Shown here piece after piece: positions 1-11,060 of a stretch of DNA of 64,000 nt. Source of the DNA: Bispira polyomma (Eukaryota). The stretch's first letter is position 1, and each line of letters opens with the position of its first letter. A program made the position numbers and the translations under genes. A model generated the notes under the pieces. That model saw nothing but the letters and a program-made list of their open reading frames with translations, did no database searches and was not told the origin of the DNA. The stretch lies in the NCBI GenBank assembly GCA_965649765.1, contig OZ287752.1, positions 65,348,001 through 65,412,000 of the forward strand, given 5' to 3'.

Positions 1-290
1 CAACCTTTGAAGTTCCTAGAGGAAGCTTCAGTATAGGTATTCTGTTTAGTTGACAGTTTTATAAATAGAATATTAAACTGATCGGTTAATCGAACATTTT
101 ATGAGGTTAAGCCTGTTGAAATCCTAAAGGAAGCTTCAGTATAGGTATTCTGTTTAGTTCATAGTTTTATGAATAGAATGTTGGAACTGTCCGGTTAACC
201 AAACATTTTATTAGGTTAAGCCTTTTGAAGTTCCTAAAGGAAGCTTTAGTATATGTATTTTTCATAGTTTTGTGAATAGAATATTGGTTC
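1..290. repeat. Tandem repeat, ~109-bp unit, ~2.7 copies
   Basis: ggaagctt(c/t)agtata(g/t)gtatt recurs at ~21, ~129 and ~239. Confidence 0.85.
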
Positions 291-318
291 TCCGAAAAAA
301 AATTTGGTCAAACGAAAT

Positions 319-810
319 GTTCGGATAACCAAAAAGATTCTAACTTTCATGATGTGACCTTGGAATGATATTTTACATATGACATATATATCTCTGTTTT
401 GACAGATAAATAGGTTATAGCTTTAACAAGTGGTTTTCGTAGTATTCCTTAATAGTAATGGAGTAAGTTTGTGTCTCTTCATGCGTTAGAGAGTTGCTAA
501 ACCGAAATGTTTGATTGACCCAAAATGATTTGATGTACAAATTATTTTTTGAAATTTGAAGATTGATGTAACATTTTGGAGATCTGTTAAACAGAAATAT
601 TCAAAATGTTCGAATAAACAAAACGTTCGGATAACCGAAAATGATCAGATTTTTTAAAAGATTCAAACTTTTAAGGTAAGAGCTTGGAATGATATTTTAC
701 ATATAACAGTCAATATATCTCTCTTGACAGATAAATGGGTTATAGCTTTAATAACTGGATTGGCTTTCGTGGTATTCCTTACTAGTGTTGGAGTTAGTTT
801 GTGTCTCTTC
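319..810. repeat. Imperfect direct duplication (~160-190 bp; ~319-480 vs ~625-810)
   Basis: Shared gttcggataacc...ttggaatgatattttacatat...gacagataaat...ggttatagcttta...gtttgtgtctcttc. Confidence 0.75.
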
Positions 811-1105
811 AAATGTTACCACAAAAGACAACAAAATAGGAGGAAAACATCACCAATTTTCTTGGAAAATATGAGTTACGGAAGTCATGAAACTGATTAA
901 TAGGTATCTTCATATATATTTATTTGTTAAATACATTATAAAATGATATTTCTGAGTATAACAACGATACTCAACTTGTATATTTAAAAGCTTTTAAACA
1001 AACCACTTTTAGCATAATATTTAAACAGTCTCTTCTCAATCTTGTGAATTTAACAGTCTCTAATCACTTCTCCTGTGGATTGTTCATTTTTGTTTATTGT
1101 TTTTT

Positions 1106-2869
1106 CTACATTTTGTTTAAAAAGTCTCTGAGGTTTTGTACAAAAACATCTATTTCATCTTTTTGCACTACAAATCCTTTTCCTGGGAGTGGGTAAATCC
1201 CTCCTTTGAACATCTTCTCAAACCTCCTGAACGATATGTACGAATGGTTGGTATCTACACAAGCTTTAAGACCGTCATCAGCTATATCAACCCTAAGGTT
1301 CACACGACGGTCTTGTTTGGCTCTATTCACTGCTTGTACAAGCACATCCAAATTCCTGAGTATACCCTCGCAGTGTTCAGGGTACAGCCTTAGTCCACCG
1401 TCTCTGTACTCTGTCATGATCGTGTATTCACCATCGCCTGTGTCTTTTTTCATTGTGAAGTGATCATTGATGATTTCCACAAACGCATAACTGTAGCAAA
1501 AAAAAAAAAAAATATTTCCATGAATTAAGAGATTTTATCTTCCTACATGATTATGAATATACTCACACAAAAAAAATTATGAATTACTTATTTCATCATT
1601 AAAGAAAATTACACATAATTAAGATGTTAAATATACTCACTTTGTGGCTGCATTGTTGTTTGTTGCTCTTGTTGTTCTTGTACTTGTAGACATCTGTTTC
1701 TGTAGAGGTTTATTGACAACACTGCATGCTGGAGGTTGGATGGACTGAGCCATTGAGGCTAAAGCTTGATAGCCAGTTACCACGTTGGAGGGACCAGATT
1801 CGAGAATAATTTTAGGTTTTCGGGGTTTTGAGGGTTGTTTAGACTTTTTAGGATTTTGGGGGGGTTTAAGGGGTGTGTAGGGTTCCACCCACTCTAGGTC
1901 CGAATCCTCTTTAGCGTCTTCCTGCTCGCTGTGAACTTCATCACTCATGTCGTCATTGAACAAGGAACTGTAAAAAGAAAGATATAAATATTATAAATAT
2001 GTTAAATTACAGTACTAAGAACCTTTCAAAACAATCTAAACTATGTATCACCTATTAAAGTTTAGAATTTGTTTTCTAATTAGGCTATAATTCTAACAAA
2101 GACAGCTTCTTACTTTTCTAACGTTATAACACTAAATGCGCATTTTCCATCTGAATCAACAAATTAATTTAGTGATAAAGTTATTTTTCTTTAAATTTAT
2201 GTAAAAATTATTAAGTAATATATATTCCTAAAGTTTCCACAGCAAGAAGCTCAAAAACTCAAATTTAACTACAATTCTTTCACAGTTTAATTAGTGGGTT
2301 TCCAATCAAACTCACGGTGAAAATATTTATATGTTGTATTTTATAGTGTTGTTAGTAGTTATATTTACACATATTTCTACTAAATAACAAAATGGGTAAA
2401 ATGTTATTTACCTGTTTGGTTTCTTCGTCTTCCTAGTTAATAACTCTTTCTCTTCTGTTACTGCTTTTCTCTTCCTGAATAAATATATTTACAAATCTTG
2501 TTTAATTTTTAAAATATAATCGGTCTTGATTGTCTTTTATTCATATTAGTTTTTTCCATGACTCGATAAATAAAATCTTGAGACTATAAGAACCTTTTAT
2601 TCAAATTTACTTTTCCAAGATTCTTTATAAGAAGTTTGACTTCTATTACGAAAACAGAAAAAACAAAATAAACAAAAATCTTAAGTATTTATCAATTTGA
2701 TTGATGTAAATAAATTATAATTGTGTAGTATATAAATATATATTATAGTTATGTCGCGTTTTCATAAAGTTTCAAGTATTAAATTTCTAATTATAATATT
2801 ACAATAATTAATTTTATTTATTAAATAAATTTAAACAAAATAACTTTATCATACTTACATTGAAGCCAT
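1106..2869 (-). CDS. Four-exon gene, 261 aa (exons 2869-2859, 2474-2412, 1967-1641, 1490-1106); basic/acidic low-complexity N-terminus, putative PC4-like ssDNA-binding C-terminal domain
   Basis: All three introns are GT-AG (gtaagt, gtaaat, gtgagt donors; attcag, ttacag, ctacag acceptors), all phase 2. They join into one open frame MASMKRKAVTEEKELL...PNSSLFNDD...NAATNYAFVEII...FLNKM*, 786 nt in total. TATAAAAG lies upstream and AATAAA at 1098-1093 just after the stop. The PC4 resemblance (YISFRRFEK..GGIYPLPGKGFVVQKDEIDVFVQNL) is by eye only. Confidence 0.8.
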
Positions 2870-2959
2870 TTCTTTTCACAAAAGTTGTTGTTATCCAAAC
2901 TATCCCTCAATTTGTAATAAATTCCTATTTTAGATGAATATAATTTAAGCTAACCGGTA

Positions 2960-2967
2960 CTTTTATA
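2960..2967 (-). promoter_or_regulatory. Candidate TATA box for the four-exon gene, with CCAAT motifs at ~3008 and ~3047
   Basis: TATAAAAG on the minus strand ~90 nt upstream of the ATG at 2869. Confidence 0.4.
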
Positions 2968-3624
2968 AACTGCAACTTGTTAACAACCACAGCATTTGGA
3001 AATCCAACCAATGAAATAATTCACTCAGAATTAAGAACACCACCAACCAATAAAATAAAATGTTTATTCTGTAGTATGCTTCTACACCAATTTGTATAAT
3101 TATGTGTTAAATGTTTAATGTGTTTGTATTTATACAAAAAAAAAATCTAATCGTGTTTTCTAACATCTAAGATTTCTAAGTGTAGTTTTACTTAGAAAAC
3201 CAAACTTAAAAGTTAGTTATTAATAAAGATTTAAAGGGTAGTAGAACATCAAATAAATGTGTGCATAAACATACTATGTAAAGTTGTTTTAGTGTTTTAA
3301 GAGATCTTAACATATAATCTTGTAATATAAAGAAATTTTAACTGATCTTTGATTTTCCATCTGTTTTGAGATCTTTTTGTGTGTATTTCAACTAAATAAA
3401 CAGACCATTTATCAACCAACTAAAACAGTATATTGTAACTTTTACCCAGTAGAGTGGGTTATAGTTACCTTAAAGGATTTGCTTTTAGCTTTAAGTTTAA
3501 AAGGATTCCTATACACAAGAATTATACCCTTAAAAGATCTAAAAGGGAGGGGACAAAGGATTGTAACCAATTCACCCTGTAGGGGTTATTCAAAAGGATT
3601 GTAACCAATACACCCTTGATGGTG

Positions 3625-3772
3625 ATTTACCTTTAAAGTTGCAGACAAGGCTACTCCACTTATTTACCTTTAAAGTTGCAGACAAGGCTACTCCACTTAT
3701 TTACCTTCAAAGTCGTAGACAAGGCTACTCCACTTATTCACCTTCAAAGTTGCAGACAAGGCTACTCCACTT
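3625..3772. repeat. 37-bp tandem repeat x4 (subterminal repeat of the putative Maverick)
   Basis: atttacctt(t/c)aaagttgcagacaaggctactccactt at 3625, 3662, 3699 and 3736, head-to-tail with no spacers. Confidence 0.95.
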
Positions 3773-4096
3773 ACCTGGTGTTTATTTAGTACGTGATTCT
3801 GCTGTTAGGGTGTTTATTTTAGAGTGACGGCACTCGGGTGCTTGTTTGTACTCGTTCAACTTCTAAAACAAGCTTACACCTTTTGCAGACAAGGCCTCTT
3901 AGGGTCTGGTGTTTATTTTAGAGTGAAGCATACGATTCTACTCATGGGGGTGGTTTATAAGATCTTCGGGGGGGGCTCATCACGATTCTACTCATTGGGG
4001 TGGTTTATAAGATCTTCGGGGGGGCTTATCATGATCATGGGGGTGGCACAACTCCTCGGGGGGGTACCTCAAATCCTGCAATACGCTACTACTCCC

Positions 4097-4460
4097 TTGT
4101 TACACAGAAGTTAGCAGAATATAACTTACAGGCACAGGCAGTCTTTTCACAAGGTAAGGCTGTGCTCAGGCAGAAGTCTGGACGTTTTAACTGTACTGAT
4201 ATATCCACAAGTAATCTGAAATTAAGATGGCCCAACGAGGGATGTACTGGGGGTTCGGCAAAGAAATGACCCGCGTTCGACGACCTGTCACTGCCCCAAT
4301 GGGCTGCTGGGCTGCTGACAAATGCTCTCCAAGTAACGGATCCCGTTTTATCATGTGACATGATTCAGCAAGTGGTCCTCGCGCTCCGACACACCTCATC
4401 GCTACCTTGGGAGGTAGTCAGGACGGCATGGGCTCTAGTGTTACAAGACAAATTCATCCA
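4097..4460 (+). pseudogene. DIRS gag-like ORF fragment (5' part removed by the Maverick insertion)
   Basis: Translates LVTQKLAEY...QKSGRFN...RWPNEG...K*PAFDDLSLPQWAAG...SLPWEVVRTAWA, resembling invertebrate DIRS/Ngaro ORF1; one internal stop. Confidence 0.65.
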
Positions 4461-4554
4461 AGCAATTGGAAATGGGGCTTAACCCCAGAAAATAGGAAGG
4501 CGACCAGCTACCAGTAAACTTAACAGACGGACATGTAGTTTTCAGAAACTTAAA

Positions 4555-5337
4555 GTGAGAGACGTAGATTGCAAACTTGCAACTAATAGCATTGGTCAGA
4601 AATACACAAATAAATTTTCTAATAATGATTGCAATGAGCTAATGAGTAAAATAAGTTTGAGAAAAAAAGATAATGTTATTTTGAACCAAAAGGACAATTA
4701 TAAGATTTATCCTGTTGAAATCAGTTTAAGCAATGGTGTAACTGGATTTTCCAATATACCTCACTATGTCACAAAGAGTAACACGTTTACTTGGGGCGAT
4801 TCTAGTACTAACAAACCTCTCAGTATTGAACAGAAATACATGAATGAATTAAACCTGACAAATTATACTGATGGCCATGAAAACCATGGCAGAGGGAAAG
4901 GAAATATTTTGGACAAACGAATAGGGGATAGGGAAAAACATCCTGGAGTACGTGATTACAGTGACAATATGTGTGAGTATATACTTCGGGTTTGCCCGGA
5001 GTCGGATGGAAGCAAAGACAGGATTGCAGCCACAAATTGGTGGTATTATGTACACGAGTATGGAAGCAGTAGTCAGGTATTTCATACAAATCAGGAAAAT
5101 TCAAATATTTTGGTTTTCTATTGGCAAGGAAATGGAATTCGGGGACTACAGGGTCATTTTTATAAGTGTGGACCTCCACCCCCAGGTGAGATTGTTACTG
5201 AACATTCTGCCATCTTGTTTCTGACTCCAGTTTTTAAAGTACCCGGAAGGGAGTATTTAGTTAATAGTTATGAAATGCATAAAGCCAAAGAGGCTTGGTG
5301 CGATTATAACAAAGATTTAGAATGTAACAATAAGTAA
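4555..5337 (+). CDS. Uncharacterised 260-codon ORF between gag and RT of the DIRS element
   Basis: Open frame with a GTG start in the ORF track and no recognised domain. It is in the same orientation as the DIRS pol. Confidence 0.35.
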   Translation: MRDVDCKLATNSIGQKYTNKFSNNDCNELMSKISLRKKDNVILNQKDNYKIYPVEISLSNGVTGFSNIPHYVTKSNTFTWGDSSTNKPLSIEQKYMNELNLTNYTDGHENHGRGKGNILDKRIGDREKHPGVRDYSDNMCEYILRVCPESDGSKDRIAATNWWYYVHEYGSSSQVFHTNQENSNILVFYWQGNGIRGLQGHFYKCGPPPPGEIVTEHSAILFLTPVFKVPGREYLVNSYEMHKAKEAWCDYNKDLECNNK

Positions 5338-5374
5338 TACGAGTTATACTGATCATGTACTTAATGTAATTGAT

Positions 5375-6508
5375 GTGTTGTTATGTAAATGTGATGACGT
5401 CATACCCTCTCAGATAAAGAGAGATGTTGAAGGAACAGGTATAGTTACACCGTGCGACTTCTTCGATAACTTACCTACTACTATGGCAGATACTGGCCAA
5501 GTAGTCACTACTGTAGAAAAGGACATCAATTTACCAGATAAAAATACAGGGTTCTTAGCCTTATCTAACACTAAATTTGAATTTTGTGGACCCGACAGGA
5601 CTCCCATACACATTGAAACTGTCAAACAAATGACTTATTGGGCAAAAATTATTAGGGACCCAAATTGTCCTGACTACAGAGAGGCAAGGATCCCTCTGGT
5701 ATCAGGACTCAACATTCCTATTTGGGAAAGAATACTTAAAGATTGCCCAGATCAATTGCTCTTGCAATATCTTAAATTTGGCTTCCCTCTTTCTCTTCAG
5801 AATCCACAAACTTTGAGAAATCTTGAAACTACAAACCACCACTCTGCACTTCAGCATAAGGCTGCCATTACTCAATACTTTAACAAAGAAAAGAGTTGTG
5901 GGGCAATGTTAGGCCCTGTTACTGAGTTAATAGACAATGATCAATTTCACTGCTCACCCCTGCTAACTAGGCCCAAGGATACTGACAAGTGACTAGTTAA
6001 TCTAAATTTATCTTATCCAAAAGAAAACTCAGTAAATGACAATGTGAATAAAAACCTATTCGATGGTGTAAAATTTAGACTAAAATTTCCATCCATAGAT
6101 GACATAGTCGAACAAATTTGGAACACAGACGAACCAAAAATATTTAAACTTGACGTGGCCCACGCTTTTAGGAATCTTAGGGAGGACCCAGCCGATGCAA
6201 TAAAGTTAGACATTTGTTTTGAAGGCGGAAAATATGTAGATCCGGTGGTAGCCTTCGGCTGGGTCCACGGCTAGGCGGCCTTTCAGCGCTGCTCTGACGT
6301 GGTAGCACACTATATGGATAAGAAAGGACATAAGATATTCTGTTACATCGACGATTACGTGGGAATAGCCACTTCTACTGTGGCAGACACTGCTTTTAAC
6401 GAGTTACATAAACAAGTCACTGACCTGGGTTTGCCTCTTAATCCAGATAAGATAACCAAATGAAATTCTAGAATCACTTGTTTAGGAATCGATATCGACA
6501 TTGATAAA
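5375..6508 (+). pseudogene. DIRS reverse transcriptase (interrupted)
   Basis: LKFGFPL...NHHSALQH...SPLLTRPK*...LSYP..SVND...KLDVAHAFRNL...AFGWVHG*...FCYIDDYVG...LGIDID with in-frame stops. Confidence 0.9.
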
Positions 6509-7832
6509 TTGTATGTCAAATATGCCCTTAGGGAGTGGCCTAAAGGCAGATGTATGTGTCAAGCTTCTTGTGAACATGGCAATGGTATTGTTTTCAAATA
6601 TATTGAGATCCCATTGTAATTTTTTAGCCATATGTTTGATGGCAGACAAGTAATTGTTGACACTAAGGGGTGAAGCCCCTGTTTGAACTAGGTATTCTAA
6701 GAAAGCCACTAGTGAGTGTGTGGGTATCTGGTCAATGCCTGCATAACAGTTGAAGGAAATCAATGTCTTGAACTGGTTGTTATAAGTCATGCTAGTCTGT
6801 GGTCTAATTGAATGGTTTATCCTCTGCCATGCTGTGCTGGTGAAAGCTTGTGTCACTTGAGTGGCACCTGAAATTATATAGTTATATCTAAGTTAAAAAA
6901 CTGTATTGGTATATTTCTCCAAATACAGTTTTCATTAATGATGTCAACTTGTTCTCCCTTTGAAGGCTCTTCTGAGAATAACCTTGACAGCAAATCTGCA
7001 ATTACATTTTCTTTATCTTTTATGTGTTCTATGTTAATGGTTATATTGAAAATGGAGGAAATAAGCCATGTTCCGCAGGTAAAGTGCTAAGAATTCATCT
7101 TTAGTTTTGTCTGACCTCACTACCAGTACGACAGCCATATTGTCACATTTAACAGTTATTCTCCTATGTCTCCACTGCTCACCCCAGACCATAAGTGCTA
7201 ACAAGATATTTAATATTTCCACGTGAACTATAGTAAGTTCTTTACCGTATATGTTATAAAAGGGGGTAGCATAGACCTCATTTTTGAAAATGTCCCCTAA
7301 GCCCGTTAAGCAGGCATCTATGTAGACTTCGTTTTCTAAAGCTATATTGATAGGTTTAATGAATGTAATACCATTATATACAGAAAGAAATTTAGTGAAC
7401 CAAAGCAAATCAGCCTTCATCTCCTGTGATACTTTGAAACGTTTTGCTTGACTCTTTTCTCCAAAAGCTCTAAGTAATCGATTGACAAACATTCTAGCAC
7501 GTTTAACACATTTGTGTATATAAAGTAATTTTTCTAAAACTGATTGGAATTTTGTGCGAGAAATCCATTGCTTGTTAAGCACGTCAAGACAAGTTGACAG
7601 GTTTCTTTAATCTTTTCTTGTGTAATACTAATAATTCCTTTATCAATGTCGATATCGATTCCTAAACAAGTGATTCTAGAATTTGGTTTGGTTATCTTAT
7701 CTGGATTAAGAGGCAAACCCAGGTCAGTGACTAGTTTATGTAACTCGTTAGAAGCAGTGTCTGCCACAGTAGAAGTGGCTATTCCCACATAATCGTCGAT
7801 GTAACAGAATATTTTATGTCCTTTCTTATCCA
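6509..7832 (-). pseudogene. Inverted DIRS segment: RT C-terminus, RNase H and N-terminal part of the tyrosine recombinase
   Basis: Minus-strand ORFs 7534-7863 (YIDD...), 7034-7582 (RNase H) and 6482-6856 (integrase SAM-like N-domain, SVNNYLSAIK). The protein resumes on the plus strand at 7833. Confidence 0.9.
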
Positions 7833-8449
7833 CTCTCTCTCTTATATCTAAGGCTTGTGACATCTTCGATGATCCTCCACTTTATAGGGCCATTTTTTTG
7901 CTTGCTTTCTTTGCCTTTTTAAAGATGTCCAACATTGCCCCTCACTCAAGGGCCAAATTTGACCACACTAGGAATTTCCTGAGAAAAGATATCACTTTTG
8001 GCCACCCAGGGGCACACATCATTTTGAAATGGCCAAAAAACCTGTAGATTAGATCTCAAGTCCATATTATTTAAATGCCTTCACTAACAAATATTGTTCT
8101 TTGCCCGGTTACAGCGTTACAAAAATTACTTCACACCAGGCCACTCCCTGACCATTACCTACTTTTTGTTGGCAGTACCCAACCACACCATGCTATTGTA
8201 GACTCACACGTTAGGATAGCCCTTGCCAAGGTCTTAAATCACATAGGCATACCCCAAACTGGCCATACTTTCCACACATTCAGACGATCAGGAGCAACTT
8301 ATGCTTTTAACAATATTGTTTCTCTGCAAAACATTATGTCCCACGGATTGTGGAGATCTTCAGCACTATGGTCCTGTCTTCAAACAAATTCACAAGCTGC
8401 ATCTGCAGTCCCACTTACTTTTGCTGCTTCCATACCCCCTTTTTCTTAG
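7833..8449 (+). pseudogene. DIRS tyrosine recombinase catalytic domain (inactivated)
   Basis: LSLISKACD...RAIFLLAFFAFLKMSN...LCPVTAL...HTFRRSGAT...GLWRSSALWSCL. The first catalytic Arg appears as Lys, the nucleophile Tyr appears as Cys, and there are internal stops. Confidence 0.85.
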
Positions 8450-8579
8450 TTTGGCTTGGGCTTTTAAAAATTTCATCTATTTTTAAACCTGTCTTTTGAC
8501 ATTTTACTTGATATTGTATATAGACCTTGGTACTAACATGTATAGTAATAAAATACCTCAAACCATAAACTGTCTCGTT

Positions 8580-9400
8580 CTACCAACTTACACATAACTT
8601 AATTTGAAACTTATACACTGGCTTTAACAAGGACAACTGATTCCATTTATTCACATTCTCTATATGTAGTCTATGTTTTAAGAAGACTACAGTTAAAACG
8701 CCAAATTCAAGCTCAATTCGTGAACGATTGCTTCTATACCCCGGTGGTATTTTACAAGAATGGAGAATGTCTATCAAACTGTTATTACCTATCACTTAAT
8801 CAAGTCTCGCTTACTTAACTGTATTTCTTCGACGCCATGTGTATCACCTCAAATTAGGATTTAATTGCCTAAATATGTCACAAAGATTTAGTACTTGCAT
8901 GGAATTTATCAGTGCCTCCCTAGATTTAGTATTGTTTATGTTAACATACAGTAATTTTGCGAATCCATCTTTTAATAATAGTGTTTACACCTCTCTCGAT
9001 TGTTCAATATATTCTCAAATTTTGTTAAGAAGCATGAGTATCTACATTTAGAGCATATATATTTATTAACCTTATTGATATCTCCCCTAGTTAAAGGTCT
9101 ATTAAAAGCAAATTCCCATTTTGATCTTGATCAGAGTATTTAATTTTGTATTCAAAATTATTTTTTTAAATATCGCCACTCCTCTTGAGTTTGTTCTATT
9201 TCCATTTACCAAAGTTTCATATTCAGGAAAAAGTTGCATTAGGCTACTAAATAGTGAATTTGTAAGATGAGTATCCTGAAGGCACATGATATTTGATTAT
9301 GATTATATTTGATTATGATTTTCTCTAAGTAGGTATGTAAGCATGTCTATTCGCTTTGTTTTATCTCTAACACCTTGACAGTGTTATGTAATACCATTAT
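8580..9400 (-). mobile_element. L1/Tx1-clade LINE apurinic endonuclease fragment
   Basis: CQGVRDKTKR...CLQDTH...NSRGVAI...RLINIYA...DIFRQLNP...YTWRR...ARLD...PGYRSNRS (degenerate SDHS), with stops. Confidence 0.8.
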
Positions 9401-10558
9401 GGCATCCCAGACAGAGAGCTTCCAGTATAACACCATATATAATTAACATTACATTACATATTAATAACATTACAATAAGTAGCCACAGGAGTATTTAATA
9501 CATTTTAGTATTGTCACACATCTATTTATATCTAACATCTAATATACAATAATACAACAGCAATACAAATAGTACAAACGAAAGGTTAGATTGTTGTCCA
9601 AAACATTTCACATATGAATTAATATATAAGTAGAGACACTCTATTATCAAAATGTCTCGATATATCTTTTCCATAGAAAAGTTTGTATCGTCAGTGCCAG
9701 TTAATTATAGAACACTCTTATTATCAGTATTTCTTGATCTATCTTTCCGACTGGAGCATTTATATTGATTCATAATGAATAACAACTTTCTTCAAAAAAT
9801 TCACATAGTTTTTCCAGTTTTCTTGCTATAAATTGTATAGCGATGATTTACAGCGATCTTCAGTTGCATATTGATTCATATTGATTAGCATCTCTCTTCA
9901 AAGAATTCACACAGTTTTTCTCGTTTTCTTGGCACAAATTATACAGCGATGAGTTACAGCAATTACTTGCAAAGTCAGTTTTTCTTGGTCTGTGGACCCA
10001 ATTGTGCATCGTTTGCTCTGTACACCTTTGCAGAATACACCATTGAAGAGATTGTTAACAAATTAGAAAACTACAATGATAGTTAAATTCAAAACTTTAT
10101 AGTACTGCTTGTCAAATTAATCCACAAATGTACACAATTAAATTGCGTTCATGTTGTTTAAGTACTTTAATGAAATAGCCAAAGTGTACATATAGTCTAT
10201 AAAGTGGTATTGTTTTAAAGTAACATTTAATGGCATTAATGTACGAAGTTAAAATGGTCATGTAAATTGTGCATATTATTTTAGTATTAATGTAAATATA
10301 TTAAAAACCAAATTTATAAAATGTACATCAGCCGTTTTATTGATCACCATGCCCCACTCCCACCATATGTAGATCCATCACCAATTATACCAGCAGCAAT
10401 ACCACCTCCACATGTGGTACCATTGCTGCTTTTAAAAGCCAATCATGTCATGCCAAATGTCATTTTATGTTTGGGAGCCAATTAAAGTGTAAAGATGTCT
10501 CTACCACTAGTCTTATCACCACAGGAACAGCAGATCATATTGTAGTAGCCCTACCTCA

Positions 10559-11060
10559 ATGATCCTTCCATTTGCATGTTTTGTGGCCGGTCCAATAGGA
10601 GGCTGCAAAACCACATTTTTGGAAAAATTAACTGGAACTCAAAGATGGAAAGATATAGCAGCCTCCATCAAAGGGTATATAGTGTTAAACACAATAGCAA
10701 TCTCTCTATGTTACAATGAAAATATTCCAACAGGGATTGCCTGAGGTTGAGGAATTACAATCTTGCTTGCAGATTTTAGATGACATGGTGTACTTCTTGA
10801 AAAGTGGAGCCACTAACCTGTTCACTAAAGACAGTCTTCATCGCAATATTTCTGTCATTTCGGTTACTCAACATATTTTCATGAAGGTAAATACCAGAAA
10901 AAAATACACATTATATATAGTTATGTTTAAGAATCCCAGAGATGCCAGTCAGATTTAGCATTTAGCAAGGCAAATGTACCCGAAATATTTAGACTATCTG
11001 GTCCAACTGTATGACAGAGTAATGCAGCTATTTGTTCATTGATCTCAAGCAAGAAAATCC
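10559..11060 (+). pseudogene. Polinton/poxvirus A32-like packaging ATPase relic
   Basis: PFACFVAGPIGGCKTTF (degenerate Walker A), ILDDM (Walker B), LFTKDSLHRNISVISVTQ, YIVMFKNPRDASQI, LARQMYP, LFIDLKQ; frameshifted. Confidence 0.75.

Larger units (their letters stand above)
1..4093. mobile_element. Right end of a Maverick/Polinton (polintovirus-like) element; left part outside window
   Basis: Ends in ...CTACTACT at 4086-4093 (reverse complement AGTAGTAG, the characteristic Polinton terminal motif). Preceded by several short subterminal tandem repeats (3554-4030). Abuts the middle of a DIRS gag reading frame, consistent with an insertion junction. No core Polinton gene (pPolB, integrase, capsid) is visible in this part. 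Confidence 0.6.
4094..8570 (+). mobile_element. Decayed DIRS-order (Ngaro/PAT-like) tyrosine-recombinase retrotransposon with internal inversion
   Basis: Gag-like frame (4097-4460), RT (YIDD), RNase H (DACLTG, IVHVEILN, CDNMAVV) and tyrosine recombinase (HTFRRSGAT, GLWRS), with multiple stops and frameshifts. The 3' boundary is approximate. Confidence 0.9.

Noticed and set aside
3625-3772. 37-bp repeats of CRISPR-like length
   Set aside because: Head-to-tail with no unique spacers, no cas genes, eukaryotic context.
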